In this document: piece after piece, positions 37,920 to 47,425 of the stretch
Position numbering within the stretch: position 1 is the first letter of the stretch
How the letters are laid out: every line of letters starts with the position of its first letter
IMG/VR virus record: IMGVR_UViG_3300017991_003989
Location: 5,960-69,959 of that record
Length of the DNA stretch: 64,000 bases
Direction: 5' to 3' (one strand)
Origin: a virus
Notes under the pieces: generated by a model
The model's input: the letters and a program-made list of their open reading frames with translations, nothing else
Told to the model about the DNA's origin: nothing
Databases searched by the model: none
Program-made: the position numbers and the translations under genes

Positions 37920-40214
37920 ATGTCTCCGTATTATGATTTTACACCGCAGATAACATCTGCCGGCATCCCGGATCCGTTCGTTCCAGTCGACGGTAATTGG
38001 AATGTGACTGGTGCCATCACTGCGACTGGCGACATCACCGGTGACAATCTCATCGCGACGGGTGACGTCAGTGCCGGCGGCTCAATAACGGGTTCTGGTC
38101 TTCTTGTAGATGACATTGCCGTTAACTCGTTGACTGCTTCAAATCCCTCTGGCATACGCAATGAGGGTGATTTGGACTTTGCAAATACGAAGTTCATAAA
38201 AGCTGATGGGACTAACATCGCTCAAGTGTGGAACACGCAGTTTGCGTTTTATAAGACAATAGCAGCTGGCGCAAATAATGATGTTGACATAGGCACAAAT
38301 GCAGTGAGGTTTAAGGACCTCTATCTCTCCGGTACTATCGATGCCGTAGGCGTGATAAATACTGACGAACACTTCAATGTAGCACAAGCTAATCAGTCAT
38401 TATTGCAGACGCAGAATACCGATGTTGTTAGTAGACCTGGTGGGAATACACCGACGATATCAATAGCGAGTGCTTCGTACTGGGAGAATATTGATTTTCA
38501 CACAGCTGGCACGATTGCATTCTCTGTGAATGCGGCTAAACTTGCTAATTTTTACGGAAATGTCGCGACGAGTGGCGACATTGATGCTCAAGGCTCTATC
38601 ACGGGTTCTGGCATCTTGTGTGATACGCTCAACGCCGGTGTCTCAACGGCTACAGATTTAACAGTTAATTCGCTCACTGCATCGAACTCTGTCGGCATAT
38701 CACCAGCAGTCGACAATGCTTCTGATGTAGGCACGAGCACGCTTAGGTTCAAGGACCTGTACCTGTCGGGCAACATCAACGTTCCCGCAGAGGGGAGGCT
38801 AGACTTCAGCCCGACCGCCGATACGATATACATTGGAACTGCTGCTGGAGGCCTCGATTTCCATGCGGGTGGAGGCAGGCCGCTTGCGCTATTCGGCGGT
38901 GTAATACAGCCGCTGGTGAACATCGTTCCGCAATTGAACAATACTGTCGATTTGGGCTCCGACACAACGAGGTTCAAGGACCTCTTTCTTTCTGGCAACG
39001 CAGTTATTGACGGTGATGTTGATGTCGAAGGTTCAATAACTGGGTCGAGCATCTACTCTGAGGGAAATATTTTCATTGGAAATGGAAAATTCATAGGCGC
39101 TGCTGGAGAGCCGACGATACAACTTTTTACTACACAGATAGGCATCTATAAAAATATTGCTGTCTCTGCAGACAACACCTGGGATTTGGGAACGAATGCG
39201 CTTCGCTTCAAGGACCTGTACCTGTCGGGCAACCTTAATATGTCAGGGAACGGCCAGCTGCTCATACCGACGGGATCGAATACCCTTTCTGCTCCGGGCC
39301 TCGCGTTTCCCGGTGACGAGAACACGGGCATCACGAAGGTCGGCAGCAACGTCTACTTCGGCGTCGACGGCGTCGAGGCGTTTCATTACGGGAGCATCGT
39401 CGTCTTCGCGAAGGACATCTGGCCCGTTGCAAACGACACGATAACGCTGGGCGACGTCGATTACAAGTTCAAGGCGCTGCACGTGTCGAGCGCGTCGCTG
39501 GGCTCAGGCTCGGCGGCGTGGCCGGCCATCGGAATCGGCGGTTACGGCAGCGGCAACGGTTTCTGGATGCCGAACGACAACAACTTGCGTCTATCGATGG
39601 CAGGCGGCAACACTGTCGCTGATTTTAATACAACCGGCATCATCACTTCGAGAAACCTCGTGCCGTCGGTCACGAACGCGCTCAACGTGGGAAGCCCGAG
39701 CTACGCGTTCAAGAACGTGATCGCATCAGGCTCCTACTTCGCCGGCGGCGCTCCCCTCACGGCGTACGGCAGCATCGTCACGAACGACGACGGCTCCGCC
39801 CCGACGGCGACGATCGACGCCACCCCGCGACCGCTTCTGACGTACGACAACGTCGGGATGTCGAAGTTCATGACGGGCTCGGTCGGCGCCTCACACCACG
39901 GGCTGACTGTGGACTACAACGGCGTCTACGAGGTCAGGTTCAACATGTCGTTCACGGGCACAGGCAACGGGAAGGCCTGGGACTTCCACGTGTATTCGGG
40001 ACCGTCGGGAAGCACGTCGTTTAAGTTCACGAGCCTCTCGACCCAGCGCAAGATTGGGACCGGCGGCGACATCGGGAGCTGCGGCTTCGGCGGCATCGTC
40101 CCCCTCACCGCCTCGGACCTCGTCGAGGTGTGGGCGGAGTGCACTGATGAGCAGACGATAAGCGTGCACGCGTCGGCGCTCACGTTGAGGATGGTCGATG
40201 ACTGGCCCGCGTAG
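37920..40214 (+). CDS. Tail fibre / receptor-binding protein with internal repeats
   Basis: Four D(I/V/L)GxxxxRFKDL(Y/F)LSG repeats, GSITGS repeats, C-terminal beta-sandwich tip. Confidence 0.75.
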   Translation: MSPYYDFTPQITSAGIPDPFVPVDGNWNVTGAITATGDITGDNLIATGDVSAGGSITGSGLLVDDIAVNSLTASNPSGIRNEGDLDFANTKFIKADGTNIAQVWNTQFAFYKTIAAGANNDVDIGTNAVRFKDLYLSGTIDAVGVINTDEHFNVAQANQSLLQTQNTDVVSRPGGNTPTISIASASYWENIDFHTAGTIAFSVNAAKLANFYGNVATSGDIDAQGSITGSGILCDTLNAGVSTATDLTVNSLTASNSVGISPAVDNASDVGTSTLRFKDLYLSGNINVPAEGRLDFSPTADTIYIGTAAGGLDFHAGGGRPLALFGGVIQPLVNIVPQLNNTVDLGSDTTRFKDLFLSGNAVIDGDVDVEGSITGSSIYSEGNIFIGNGKFIGAAGEPTIQLFTTQIGIYKNIAVSADNTWDLGTNALRFKDLYLSGNLNMSGNGQLLIPTGSNTLSAPGLAFPGDENTGITKVGSNVYFGVDGVEAFHYGSIVVFAKDIWPVANDTITLGDVDYKFKALHVSSASLGSGSAAWPAIGIGGYGSGNGFWMPNDNNLRLSMAGGNTVADFNTTGIITSRNLVPSVTNALNVGSPSYAFKNVIASGSYFAGGAPLTAYGSIVTNDDGSAPTATIDATPRPLLTYDNVGMSKFMTGSVGASHHGLTVDYNGVYEVRFNMSFTGTGNGKAWDFHVYSGPSGSTSFKFTSLSTQRKIGTGGDIGSCGFGGIVPLTASDLVEVWAECTDEQTISVHASALTLRMVDDWPA

Positions 40215-40219
40215 AACAT

Positions 40220-40226
40220 CTATTTA
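40220..40226 (+). promoter_or_regulatory. TAnTTA candidate late promoter (CTATTTA)
   Basis: Intergenic. Confidence 0.5.
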
Positions 40227-40253
40227 CATGAAACTAGTCTGAAAGGATAAGAT

Positions 40254-41198
40254 ATGGCGATAAGGAACGTCCCTCTCTCTCCGGACGCTTTGATAACTCA
40301 GGACCAGGCCGATGAGCTTGATGAACGTCTCGATGAGTATGAGGAGGCAAATGATGATTTCATCGAGGCACGAGCTGAGATGGACCAGTTCTACGCTCTT
40401 CGAGCTTTCGAGCACGGACAGGCAATCTCCGATGCGACCGGCGAGGACCATGCGGTCGACCTCTACGGCGATGGAAAATTGAAGAAGTTCGATCAGCTTG
40501 AGCTCGCGCCAGGTTTGCAGCCTGCGTATTTTGAAAGAAAGAATAGAAGGGTCAAAACAAAGAAGGCAACGCCGGCCGATGTTAAATCGAGGTCTGAACG
40601 AGGACATTCAGTTAGGAGACCGCCTGGCGAGAGACGGCATCCGCTGGACGCTGTGGTGACAGTCGGTGACATGATAAAAGCAGACAAGCTTTCAGACGAT
40701 GTGAGGGACGCTCTCATTGCCAGGAGAGACACTGCGCTTGCTCTGAATGAGAAGCTGAACGAGCTGATGAGGCCCGTGGGTCTGGAAATGATGGGAGACG
40801 AGAGCGTCGACGTCTTCGGAGATGGATTGGTGAAGAATGTGAACGATATAAAGATGCCAGAATTTCTCAGTCTCATCAAGAAACGAGGCAACAAGATGCT
40901 CGGCCACGAAAAGGTCAAGAACGTCCTCACTAGCTCTGAGCCAGAGCCTGGACCAGGACGAGGCAGGATGGCCAGAAGCCCATCATCGTTTTTTGGTCCC
41001 TCGCTTCCGAAGCCGCCGGACGAGGAGCCCTCGTTCGCATCGACGGCCGGTCTCATCGATGCGGCCAGCGAGAAGGCGAAGCTGATGGGCGGTCGTCTCG
41101 CGAATTCGAAGATGACAAAATTTCGTCGATATGCGATTGGCGGCGGAATTGTGAGCGCCGCGCTCGCCGCAGCTGCCGCGCTCTATTGGCTTCTCTGA
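40254..41198 (+). CDS. Hypothetical C-terminally anchored membrane protein
   Basis: Ends KFRRYAIGGGIVSAALAAAAALYWLL; internal repeat VDLYGDG/VDVFGDG. Confidence 0.6.
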   Translation: MAIRNVPLSPDALITQDQADELDERLDEYEEANDDFIEARAEMDQFYALRAFEHGQAISDATGEDHAVDLYGDGKLKKFDQLELAPGLQPAYFERKNRRVKTKKATPADVKSRSERGHSVRRPPGERRHPLDAVVTVGDMIKADKLSDDVRDALIARRDTALALNEKLNELMRPVGLEMMGDESVDVFGDGLVKNVNDIKMPEFLSLIKKRGNKMLGHEKVKNVLTSSEPEPGPGRGRMARSPSSFFGPSLPKPPDEEPSFASTAGLIDAASEKAKLMGGRLANSKMTKFRRYAIGGGIVSAALAAAAALYWLL

Positions 41199-41330
41199 GC
41201 CCGCAGACGCTGTCTGCGGGCCTCCGCGTTTGCATGCACATGACACTGCCATCTCATCAATTCTTCGTCTGAAGGCGTCCAGAGGCCTCTGAGCAAAATA
41301 CGCCATCAAGCATAAAAAAGGATTGTCAAT

Positions 41331-41337
41331 CTACTTA
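41331..41337 (+). promoter_or_regulatory. TAnTTA candidate late promoter (CTACTTA)
   Basis: Upstream of the tail tube gene. Confidence 0.55.
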
Positions 41338-41377
41338 AGATTGAGGGACAACGAATTGGTCCTCGGGAGAAAGAAAG

Positions 41378-41863
41378 ATGGCAGAAAGACTTGAAATTGG
41401 CGACATGTTGGCGCTTGATTATGAGCCGAAGAGGAAATTTAGATGGTTCCTCGAGATTGACGGCCAGGATGCCTTCGTCATGAAGACGGCGGCGCGTCCC
41501 CAAGCGACGTTCGAGGAGACGGTCATCGACTACATCAACGCTAAGCGTTGGATATCTGGGAAGCAAGCGTGGAACCCGATCGCGGTGACGCTTCATGACC
41601 CAATCAATCCGTCTGCGGCAAATAACGTGATGCAGTGGATGAGGCTGAATTACGAGAACCGCACGGGACGCATGGGATATGCTAGCGTCTATAAGAAGGA
41701 CATCACCCTGAAGCTGCTCGACCCTGAGGGAAATGTGGTGGAGATTTGGGATCTCAAGGGAACGTGGCCCATGGACATCAACTGGGGCGACTTGGATTAT
41801 GCCAGCTCCGACAATGTCGAAATCTCGATGAGCTTGAGATTTGATAACGCTATCTTGCTCTAA
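41378..41863 (+). CDS. Tail tube protein (gp19-like)
   Basis: YEPKRKFRW, KTAARP, WNPIAVTLHDPI, YKKDITLKLLDPEG, WDLKGTWP, WGDLDY. Confidence 0.9.
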   Translation: MAERLEIGDMLALDYEPKRKFRWFLEIDGQDAFVMKTAARPQATFEETVIDYINAKRWISGKQAWNPIAVTLHDPINPSAANNVMQWMRLNYENRTGRMGYASVYKKDITLKLLDPEGNVVEIWDLKGTWPMDINWGDLDYASSDNVEISMSLRFDNAILL

Positions 41864-41888
41864 AAGTTAAAACATATAAATATGGATG

Positions 41889-41918
41889 AGGGGAGCCTTT
41901 GTGCTCCCCTTTTTCTTT
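41889..41918 (+). terminator. Rho-independent terminator after the tail tube gene
   Basis: AGGGGAGC-CTTTGT-GCTCCCCT followed by TTTTCTTT. Confidence 0.85.
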
Positions 41919-41941
41919 CCGTTTAAAAGTCATCCGAGAAA

Positions 41942-41948
41942 CTACTTA
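41942..41948 (+). promoter_or_regulatory. TAnTTA candidate late promoter (CTACTTA)
   Basis: Directly after the terminator, before the chaperone gene. Confidence 0.55.
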
Positions 41949-41983
41949 TCGATGAACTTCTAGAGATACAGAAAGGTATATTA

Positions 41984-42826
41984 ATGTCGAAAGAGAAGAT
42001 CGATTTGGGCAAGCAAGTACAGCAAGAAAATGCTGAGCCCGCAACAGCTCAAGTGTATAACGTCCCCGTTGAGTGTGTTGCGCTTCCAAGCAGGGGAAAA
42101 GTTTATCCTAAAGAATCGTCACTTCACATGAAGCCGACTGTCAACATTCGCTCCATGACGGCGAGGGATGAGGACATCTTGACGTCACCGGCTCTTCTCA
42201 GGAAGGGCATTGCCATGAACGAGCTCCTTCGGGCTTGTATAATGGACAAAAGCGTCGATGTGGACGACTTTCTTGTCGGAGACAGAAATGCGTTGCTAAT
42301 TGTTCTTAGGGCTTCCAGTTACGGCGCAAAGTATGAAGCGCAAGTAATGTGTCCAGAGTGTGAAGAGACGTTCGAGCATGCGTTCGATTTAAGCAAGTTG
42401 CCAATTAGGCCGCTTAATGTTGAGCCCGTTGAACCCGGCGTGAACCTCTTTGAATTTACGCTCCCGATAAGTGGGATGAAAGTGCTCTTTAGGCTTCTTA
42501 CTGGTAAGCAAGAAAGAGAACGCGCTGAGGAACAGAAACGTCGAAAGAAAGCGATGGGCGTCGGCGGCATTGAAGACAACGTGACGAGCATGCTCTTTCG
42601 TAGCATCATTTCAATTGATGGCAATGACGACAGGAAAGAGATAAAGAGAGCCGTAGATAATATGCCATCGATGGACTCACGAGAACTTAGGGACTACATC
42701 GACGAGATTTCACCGGTCGTCGATTGGGTAGAGAAGATTGAGTGTTTGGCATGCGGAGAGGAAACGGAGGTCGACATGCCGGTAACGGCTGACTTCTTTT
42801 GGCCTTCCTCCAGGAGAAGAAGGTAA
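41984..42826 (+). CDS. Tail/baseplate hub assembly chaperone (gp26-like)
   Basis: VALPSRGKVY, MTARDEDIL, GDRNALLI, two CxxC pairs, ends DFFWP; between tube and tape measure. Confidence 0.8.
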   Translation: MSKEKIDLGKQVQQENAEPATAQVYNVPVECVALPSRGKVYPKESSLHMKPTVNIRSMTARDEDILTSPALLRKGIAMNELLRACIMDKSVDVDDFLVGDRNALLIVLRASSYGAKYEAQVMCPECEETFEHAFDLSKLPIRPLNVEPVEPGVNLFEFTLPISGMKVLFRLLTGKQERERAEEQKRRKKAMGVGGIEDNVTSMLFRSIISIDGNDDRKEIKRAVDNMPSMDSRELRDYIDEISPVVDWVEKIECLACGEETEVDMPVTADFFWPSSRRRR

Positions 42827-43007
42827 GAAATACTTCTATGAAGAGCTCTTCACGTTGGTCAGATACTGCGGTTTGACGCTCACTGAAGCGTGGGACATGC
42901 CGACGTTGAGGAGAAAATGGTGGATAAAGAGGACAAACAAAGCAAGGGAAGAGGAAGGCGGTGATACGAACAATACCGACCCATTCGGAAGCAAAGTTGT
43001 GAGGTGA
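42798..43007 (+). CDS. Overlapping +1-frame ORF (gp51 / lambda gpT-like extension), not in the ORF track
   Basis: FGLPPGEEGKKYFYEELFTLVRYCGLTLTEAWDMPTLRRKWWIKRTNKAREEE...; no ATG with SD at its 5' end. Confidence 0.7.
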   Translation, partial: FGLPPGEEGKKYFYEELFTLVRYCGLTLTEAWDMPTLRRKWWIKRTNKAREEEGGDTNNTDPFGSKVVR

Positions 43008-43018
43008 GGGGTTGATTA

Positions 43019-46000
43019 ATGGCTGACAGGATACCAGGTCTCGACAGGATAAAAAGAGCAGGAAGTCTTCTTAGGGACATCACTAACAGGATCGATAGCT
43101 TGCCAGTCGTCGCCGATCGTGCCACACGAACTGCAGGAAAGAATTTCAGCAGCCTGACGAGAAACATCGACGAGACCAACGACGCAGTACGGGGTCTCAG
43201 CAGGTCGATGGACAAGCTATCGACGGGACCGGGTCGGAACATGATGGGAACGCTCAACAAGCTAGGCAAGGCCGTAACTTCGTTGGGCACTTCCATCATA
43301 GGCATGGGAATAAATCTCCTCATCGACGGCATTCAGCGTGTGTATGAGCTGAAGGAAAGATGGGCGAAGGTTACCGGCGCGATGCGCATGCAGATAGGCG
43401 GTCTCTCTGCGAATGTCAAGAGCGCCACTAAGCTCATGTCCAACTGGGAGGGGACGATGCACGGCCTAACCGGTCAGTTCGGCATTGGCTCGCAGATGGC
43501 CAATGAGTTCGCCTCGACTCTCGAGACGATGAACAAGCGCATCATCGAGGGTTCGACTTTCATCGGCAAGGTCCTGGCTCGCGGTTTCAACCTCGGCGGC
43601 AAGGCGGCCGGCGAGCTCATGAGAGCGATGAGGTCCATCGGCGTCGATGGAAAAGCCACGACGGAGAACATGGCGAGGATGACGCAGCTTGCTGCGAAGT
43701 TCGAGGTGCCCGTCAATGCCGTAGCACAAGACCTTCACGACGCCCGTGACATGATGGTGGCGTTCGGGAAGGATGGCGTGAAGTCGATGATACGCTCGTC
43801 CGTCTATCTTAGGCAGTTCAACATCGGTCTGAAGGACACTAACAATCTGATGAATACGTTCGACAGGTTTGACAGTGCGACTGAGGCGACTGCGAAGCTG
43901 AACACCGCGTTTGGAACGACCATCAGCTCTCTCGACATGCTGCTCACTGACGATCCGGCGGAGCGCATAGAGAAGGTCAGGCAGCAGCTGTTGAGCCAGG
44001 GCAGGACTTACGAGACCATGACCCGTAAGCAGCGCATCTTCCTCGCAGAGACGATGGGTCTCGAGAACGAGCAGATTGCCATGCTCCTCGACAGGAACAA
44101 AGCTAACGTCTCGTTCCTAGACATGCAAGAGAAGGCAGCCAAGGCTGAAAAGAAGGAGATAAATGCAAAGAAGCTGATGCAGAAGCACCTGAGAGCGACT
44201 GCACAGACGATGTACTCCTTCAGCCAGGCGATGGACGAGATAACAGTAGCCATTGCGAAGGCGCTTAGGCCTTTGCTTGAGGCATTGGGTCTCGTAAAGT
44301 CAAGCAAGAAAGAGTGGAAGGGATTCGCTAGCGTAATGCGCGGCGCAACAAACGTGTTCGTTCGCTTTTTCGAGGGATTGGCGAAGAGTCCGAAATGGAT
44401 AAGCATGATGCAACGCCTCGCCGATGCGTTAAAGAGCGCCGCGAAGTGGATCGCGGGCTTGACCGTGAAGGACTTTTCTCAGTTCTTTGACGCTGCTGTC
44501 GGCGCGATGCAGAGGATTTTTACCTGGGTCAAGAGGATTGCCATTCTTTGGGCTGGCATGAGGATTGGCACTGCTGGGCTTGCATTTGCTGGTGCGGCGA
44601 AGGGGTTGCTGGGCGGCGCTGGTGGGGCGGTGAAGGGAATGGGTGGCGTCGCGGGAGTCGGTCTCGGCGTCGCGGGAGGTGCCATCGGCGGAGGTGCCAT
44701 CGGCGGTCTCCTCGGCGGTAATACGACCGGCGGCAGCGTTGGTGGAGCGATAGGTGGCGGGGCTGGCGCGATGCTTGGTTCTGCATTCGGACCGCTTGGG
44801 CAGATGCTTGGAGGTGCCATCGGCACTGCGTTGGGAGGCGCAGTCGGTGCGGGCGTCCAGTTCATCGCAGGCAAGATAGGAGATATGGTCGATAGGGGCG
44901 CGGCCACAGGCCTGTCGTATTACGAGGGAGTTCTTGAGAAGGAAAAGAAAAAGAACGCGACAATCGAGAAGGAGATGGTCGCAACAGCAAGTAGGACGTC
45001 GGTTCTCAACAAGGTGATACACGCAGAGAGAGAGCACGAGTTGGGTGTGCTTAGGAGGCTAGCGGAACAGAACGAAGATAGGGTCGAGCTCATGGGCAAC
45101 GAGCGTGAAGTCGTGCAGAGGCTTGTGAAGAATATGATATCTATGGGAGTAGAGACGGGTCTGACTGATGCTCAGATGAAAGAACTTTCGAAGCAGGGAG
45201 GGTCGCTGGTCCTTACAAAGACTATGCTCGATAAGTTATACGGTTCGACTGAGAGACTGCATACCTCGACAAACAGTCTCGCTAATGAGATGCTCGAGGC
45301 TGCTGGAGCGGCGAAGGCGATGAGGGAAGCGCAGGCGAAGAAGGAGATTGCTGATATAGCAATTGCGCGTGAGGAGAACAGGAGAAAACGTGGCATTACA
45401 GAGCTCGAGGGGATGAAGGGCGGCGGCAGATACGCCGACATCGCCAGGACACAGGGTTTTACTGCGGCACTGACGGAGATACGAAAGTCGGGGCCCATGC
45501 AGGAAATGCAGACGCTTCAGAGTAGCATCTTGAACAGGGAAAAACGTGGGCTAGCGTCGCCGCAAGACAAAAAGCGTCTAGAGCATTTGAAGAGACAGCA
45601 TTCTGGATTGCTGAAGATGGAAGAAACGTTGATGAAGTTTTCTCGCTCTGATAAGGAACTTCTCAGGCTACGACGCGATCAGATGTCTGTCGAGGGAACG
45701 ATACTTAGGCAAAATGAGCTTAAGGCAAGGCTGACGATGCTTGGGATAGCTGATGCAGACGCGATGCAGAGAGTGCAGGCGAAGTTGGGTGGCGCATCTG
45801 AGACGTTGATGAGCGGGGAAGAGCAAAAGATATATGAGGGATTACTTGACATTAAGAGAGCGCGTGTCAAGGCGAGAGCACAATCATCTGTTACCATTCG
45901 CGGTAACGATGGCAGGCCGATGAACCTCGCGAGTGGGGCTACTGGAGCCGGCGGAGGACAGGGAGGTCCTATTCAAGTCGTAGCAGGTGACGTATATCTT

Positions 46001-46057
46001 GATGGTGATAAAGTGGGTAGAACTCAGGTCAAATGGTCTGCAGCAGGAGCAAGCTAA
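43019..46057 (+). CDS. Tape measure protein
   Basis: 1012-aa helical Ala/Gly-rich protein with glycine-zipper region, after chaperone genes; ends DVYLDGDKVG. Confidence 0.85.
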   Translation: MADRIPGLDRIKRAGSLLRDITNRIDSLPVVADRATRTAGKNFSSLTRNIDETNDAVRGLSRSMDKLSTGPGRNMMGTLNKLGKAVTSLGTSIIGMGINLLIDGIQRVYELKERWAKVTGAMRMQIGGLSANVKSATKLMSNWEGTMHGLTGQFGIGSQMANEFASTLETMNKRIIEGSTFIGKVLARGFNLGGKAAGELMRAMRSIGVDGKATTENMARMTQLAAKFEVPVNAVAQDLHDARDMMVAFGKDGVKSMIRSSVYLRQFNIGLKDTNNLMNTFDRFDSATEATAKLNTAFGTTISSLDMLLTDDPAERIEKVRQQLLSQGRTYETMTRKQRIFLAETMGLENEQIAMLLDRNKANVSFLDMQEKAAKAEKKEINAKKLMQKHLRATAQTMYSFSQAMDEITVAIAKALRPLLEALGLVKSSKKEWKGFASVMRGATNVFVRFFEGLAKSPKWISMMQRLADALKSAAKWIAGLTVKDFSQFFDAAVGAMQRIFTWVKRIAILWAGMRIGTAGLAFAGAAKGLLGGAGGAVKGMGGVAGVGLGVAGGAIGGGAIGGLLGGNTTGGSVGGAIGGGAGAMLGSAFGPLGQMLGGAIGTALGGAVGAGVQFIAGKIGDMVDRGAATGLSYYEGVLEKEKKKNATIEKEMVATASRTSVLNKVIHAEREHELGVLRRLAEQNEDRVELMGNEREVVQRLVKNMISMGVETGLTDAQMKELSKQGGSLVLTKTMLDKLYGSTERLHTSTNSLANEMLEAAGAAKAMREAQAKKEIADIAIAREENRRKRGITELEGMKGGGRYADIARTQGFTAALTEIRKSGPMQEMQTLQSSILNREKRGLASPQDKKRLEHLKRQHSGLLKMEETLMKFSRSDKELLRLRRDQMSVEGTILRQNELKARLTMLGIADADAMQRVQAKLGGASETLMSGEEQKIYEGLLDIKRARVKARAQSSVTIRGNDGRPMNLASGATGAGGGQGGPIQVVAGDVYLDGDKVGRTQVKWSAAGAS

Positions 46058-47424
46058 TGGCACAAAGAGATGAAGGACTGGGCGCCGACTTCAAGAGAAA
46101 CGCCAGAGAAGCGGCTGGAAGGAACAGGAGAATAGAGCTCGATGCAACGAGGGGAGACCTAGGTGCTGCCGATGACGTCCAGAAGATTGCTCATGAGGGT
46201 GATGCCACCGTCCAGAAGACGCTTGCAGATGTTTCCGAGAGGATAATGGATGCGCTCGATGCTGTTCCTGTGTTGGGAGATGCTGTGAATGTCGGTGTGA
46301 GTGTTGGTAAGCTTGGCGGCGTGTCGACGGCTACGGGAAGAGCAACGCTTACAGGTCTATTCGATGAGGCAAATCTGAGCTTTGCGGCTCTAGCCCGCCC
46401 GCTGAATGAAGACCTCAGAAAGTCTGACGCGCGTATGAGGAAAAACATAATCATAGATGATGAGCTCGCCGGAACGCAACAGTCGAGAGCGTTCTTTTTC
46501 GATCAACATCACACGCCAATGCAATTTCCTGGCGAGCAGAAGGACGGTTCTTTTCTAACGAAGAACCCAGCGCAGGGTCCACCCGTCGATGATGATGACG
46601 CGTATGTCCCTCTTTCATTTACTGACGTGAGACCCGTGGGTTCTGACAATACTTTTAGGTCGGTGTATTTCAGACCGTTCATAACATCGCTTACGGAGGA
46701 GTTTACTCCGGAATATGACAAGAAGACTTATTACGGTAGGTCCGATCAAGTTGCTACGTATATGAGCACGATGAGAACGGTGTTCTTGGGATTCGAAATA
46801 CATGCGTTCAGTCCGACAGACTTAGAGTTAATTTATAAGAAATTGAATTGGCTATCGTCGATGGTCTACCCGCAATACGGAAGTAACATGCTCATGAATG
46901 CGGGACCAGTCTTGCGCATGAGAGTCGGTGATGTAATAAGCAGCAGAGATAAGATGGGTCTGCCAGGTGTGATAGACAGTCTCAGCTACGATTACAGCGA
47001 TAGCATCTGGGAGGTAGACAGAGACCACAAGGCGCCAAGAACAATAAAGGTTGCAATCTCATTTCACATTCTTCATGATGTCGTCATCGGAAGAGGAGAA
47101 GACGGAGACTTCGGCGGCATCGGATATGTCAACGGTGAGGGTAAGTATACTCTTGATAATGGAGGTATCGCAGCACGGTACGACGTAGATGAGCGAGCAA
47201 CATCTAACAAAGTTTTTAAGCAAGCTGAAAGCTTTCGAGGATACGGTGATATCACACCTGAAGAAAAGGGAGCAATCGGTGCCCGTGGAAATAATTTAGG
47301 ACTGTCATCGGAGCAATTAGGATTTGGTCCAACATTAGAAGAAGCTGAGCGTGCTCCGCACGGCGCTGCAGGTCCAAAAGAGCTTGAGCTGCGGACGATA
47401 GACAATCTTAGAGGGATAGGATAA
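46057..47424 (+). CDS. Baseplate / tail tube initiator-like protein
   Basis: VYFRPFITSLTEEF...YYGRSD...Y...RTV...LNWLSSMVYPQY...PVLRMRVGD; follows tape measure. Confidence 0.6.
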   Translation: MAQRDEGLGADFKRNAREAAGRNRRIELDATRGDLGAADDVQKIAHEGDATVQKTLADVSERIMDALDAVPVLGDAVNVGVSVGKLGGVSTATGRATLTGLFDEANLSFAALARPLNEDLRKSDARMRKNIIIDDELAGTQQSRAFFFDQHHTPMQFPGEQKDGSFLTKNPAQGPPVDDDDAYVPLSFTDVRPVGSDNTFRSVYFRPFITSLTEEFTPEYDKKTYYGRSDQVATYMSTMRTVFLGFEIHAFSPTDLELIYKKLNWLSSMVYPQYGSNMLMNAGPVLRMRVGDVISSRDKMGLPGVIDSLSYDYSDSIWEVDRDHKAPRTIKVAISFHILHDVVIGRGEDGDFGGIGYVNGEGKYTLDNGGIAARYDVDERATSNKVFKQAESFRGYGDITPEEKGAIGARGNNLGLSSEQLGFGPTLEEAERAPHGAAGPKELELRTIDNLRGIG

Positions 47425-47425
47425 G

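Noticed and set aside
37920-41330. Diversity-generating retroelement acting on the tail fibre tip
   Set aside because: No reverse transcriptase and no template repeat differing at adenines was seen in the window.
44560-44880. Gly-rich GGAIGG repeats as a separate toxin or repeat element
   Set aside because: Glycine-zipper segment within the tape measure ORF, common in such proteins.
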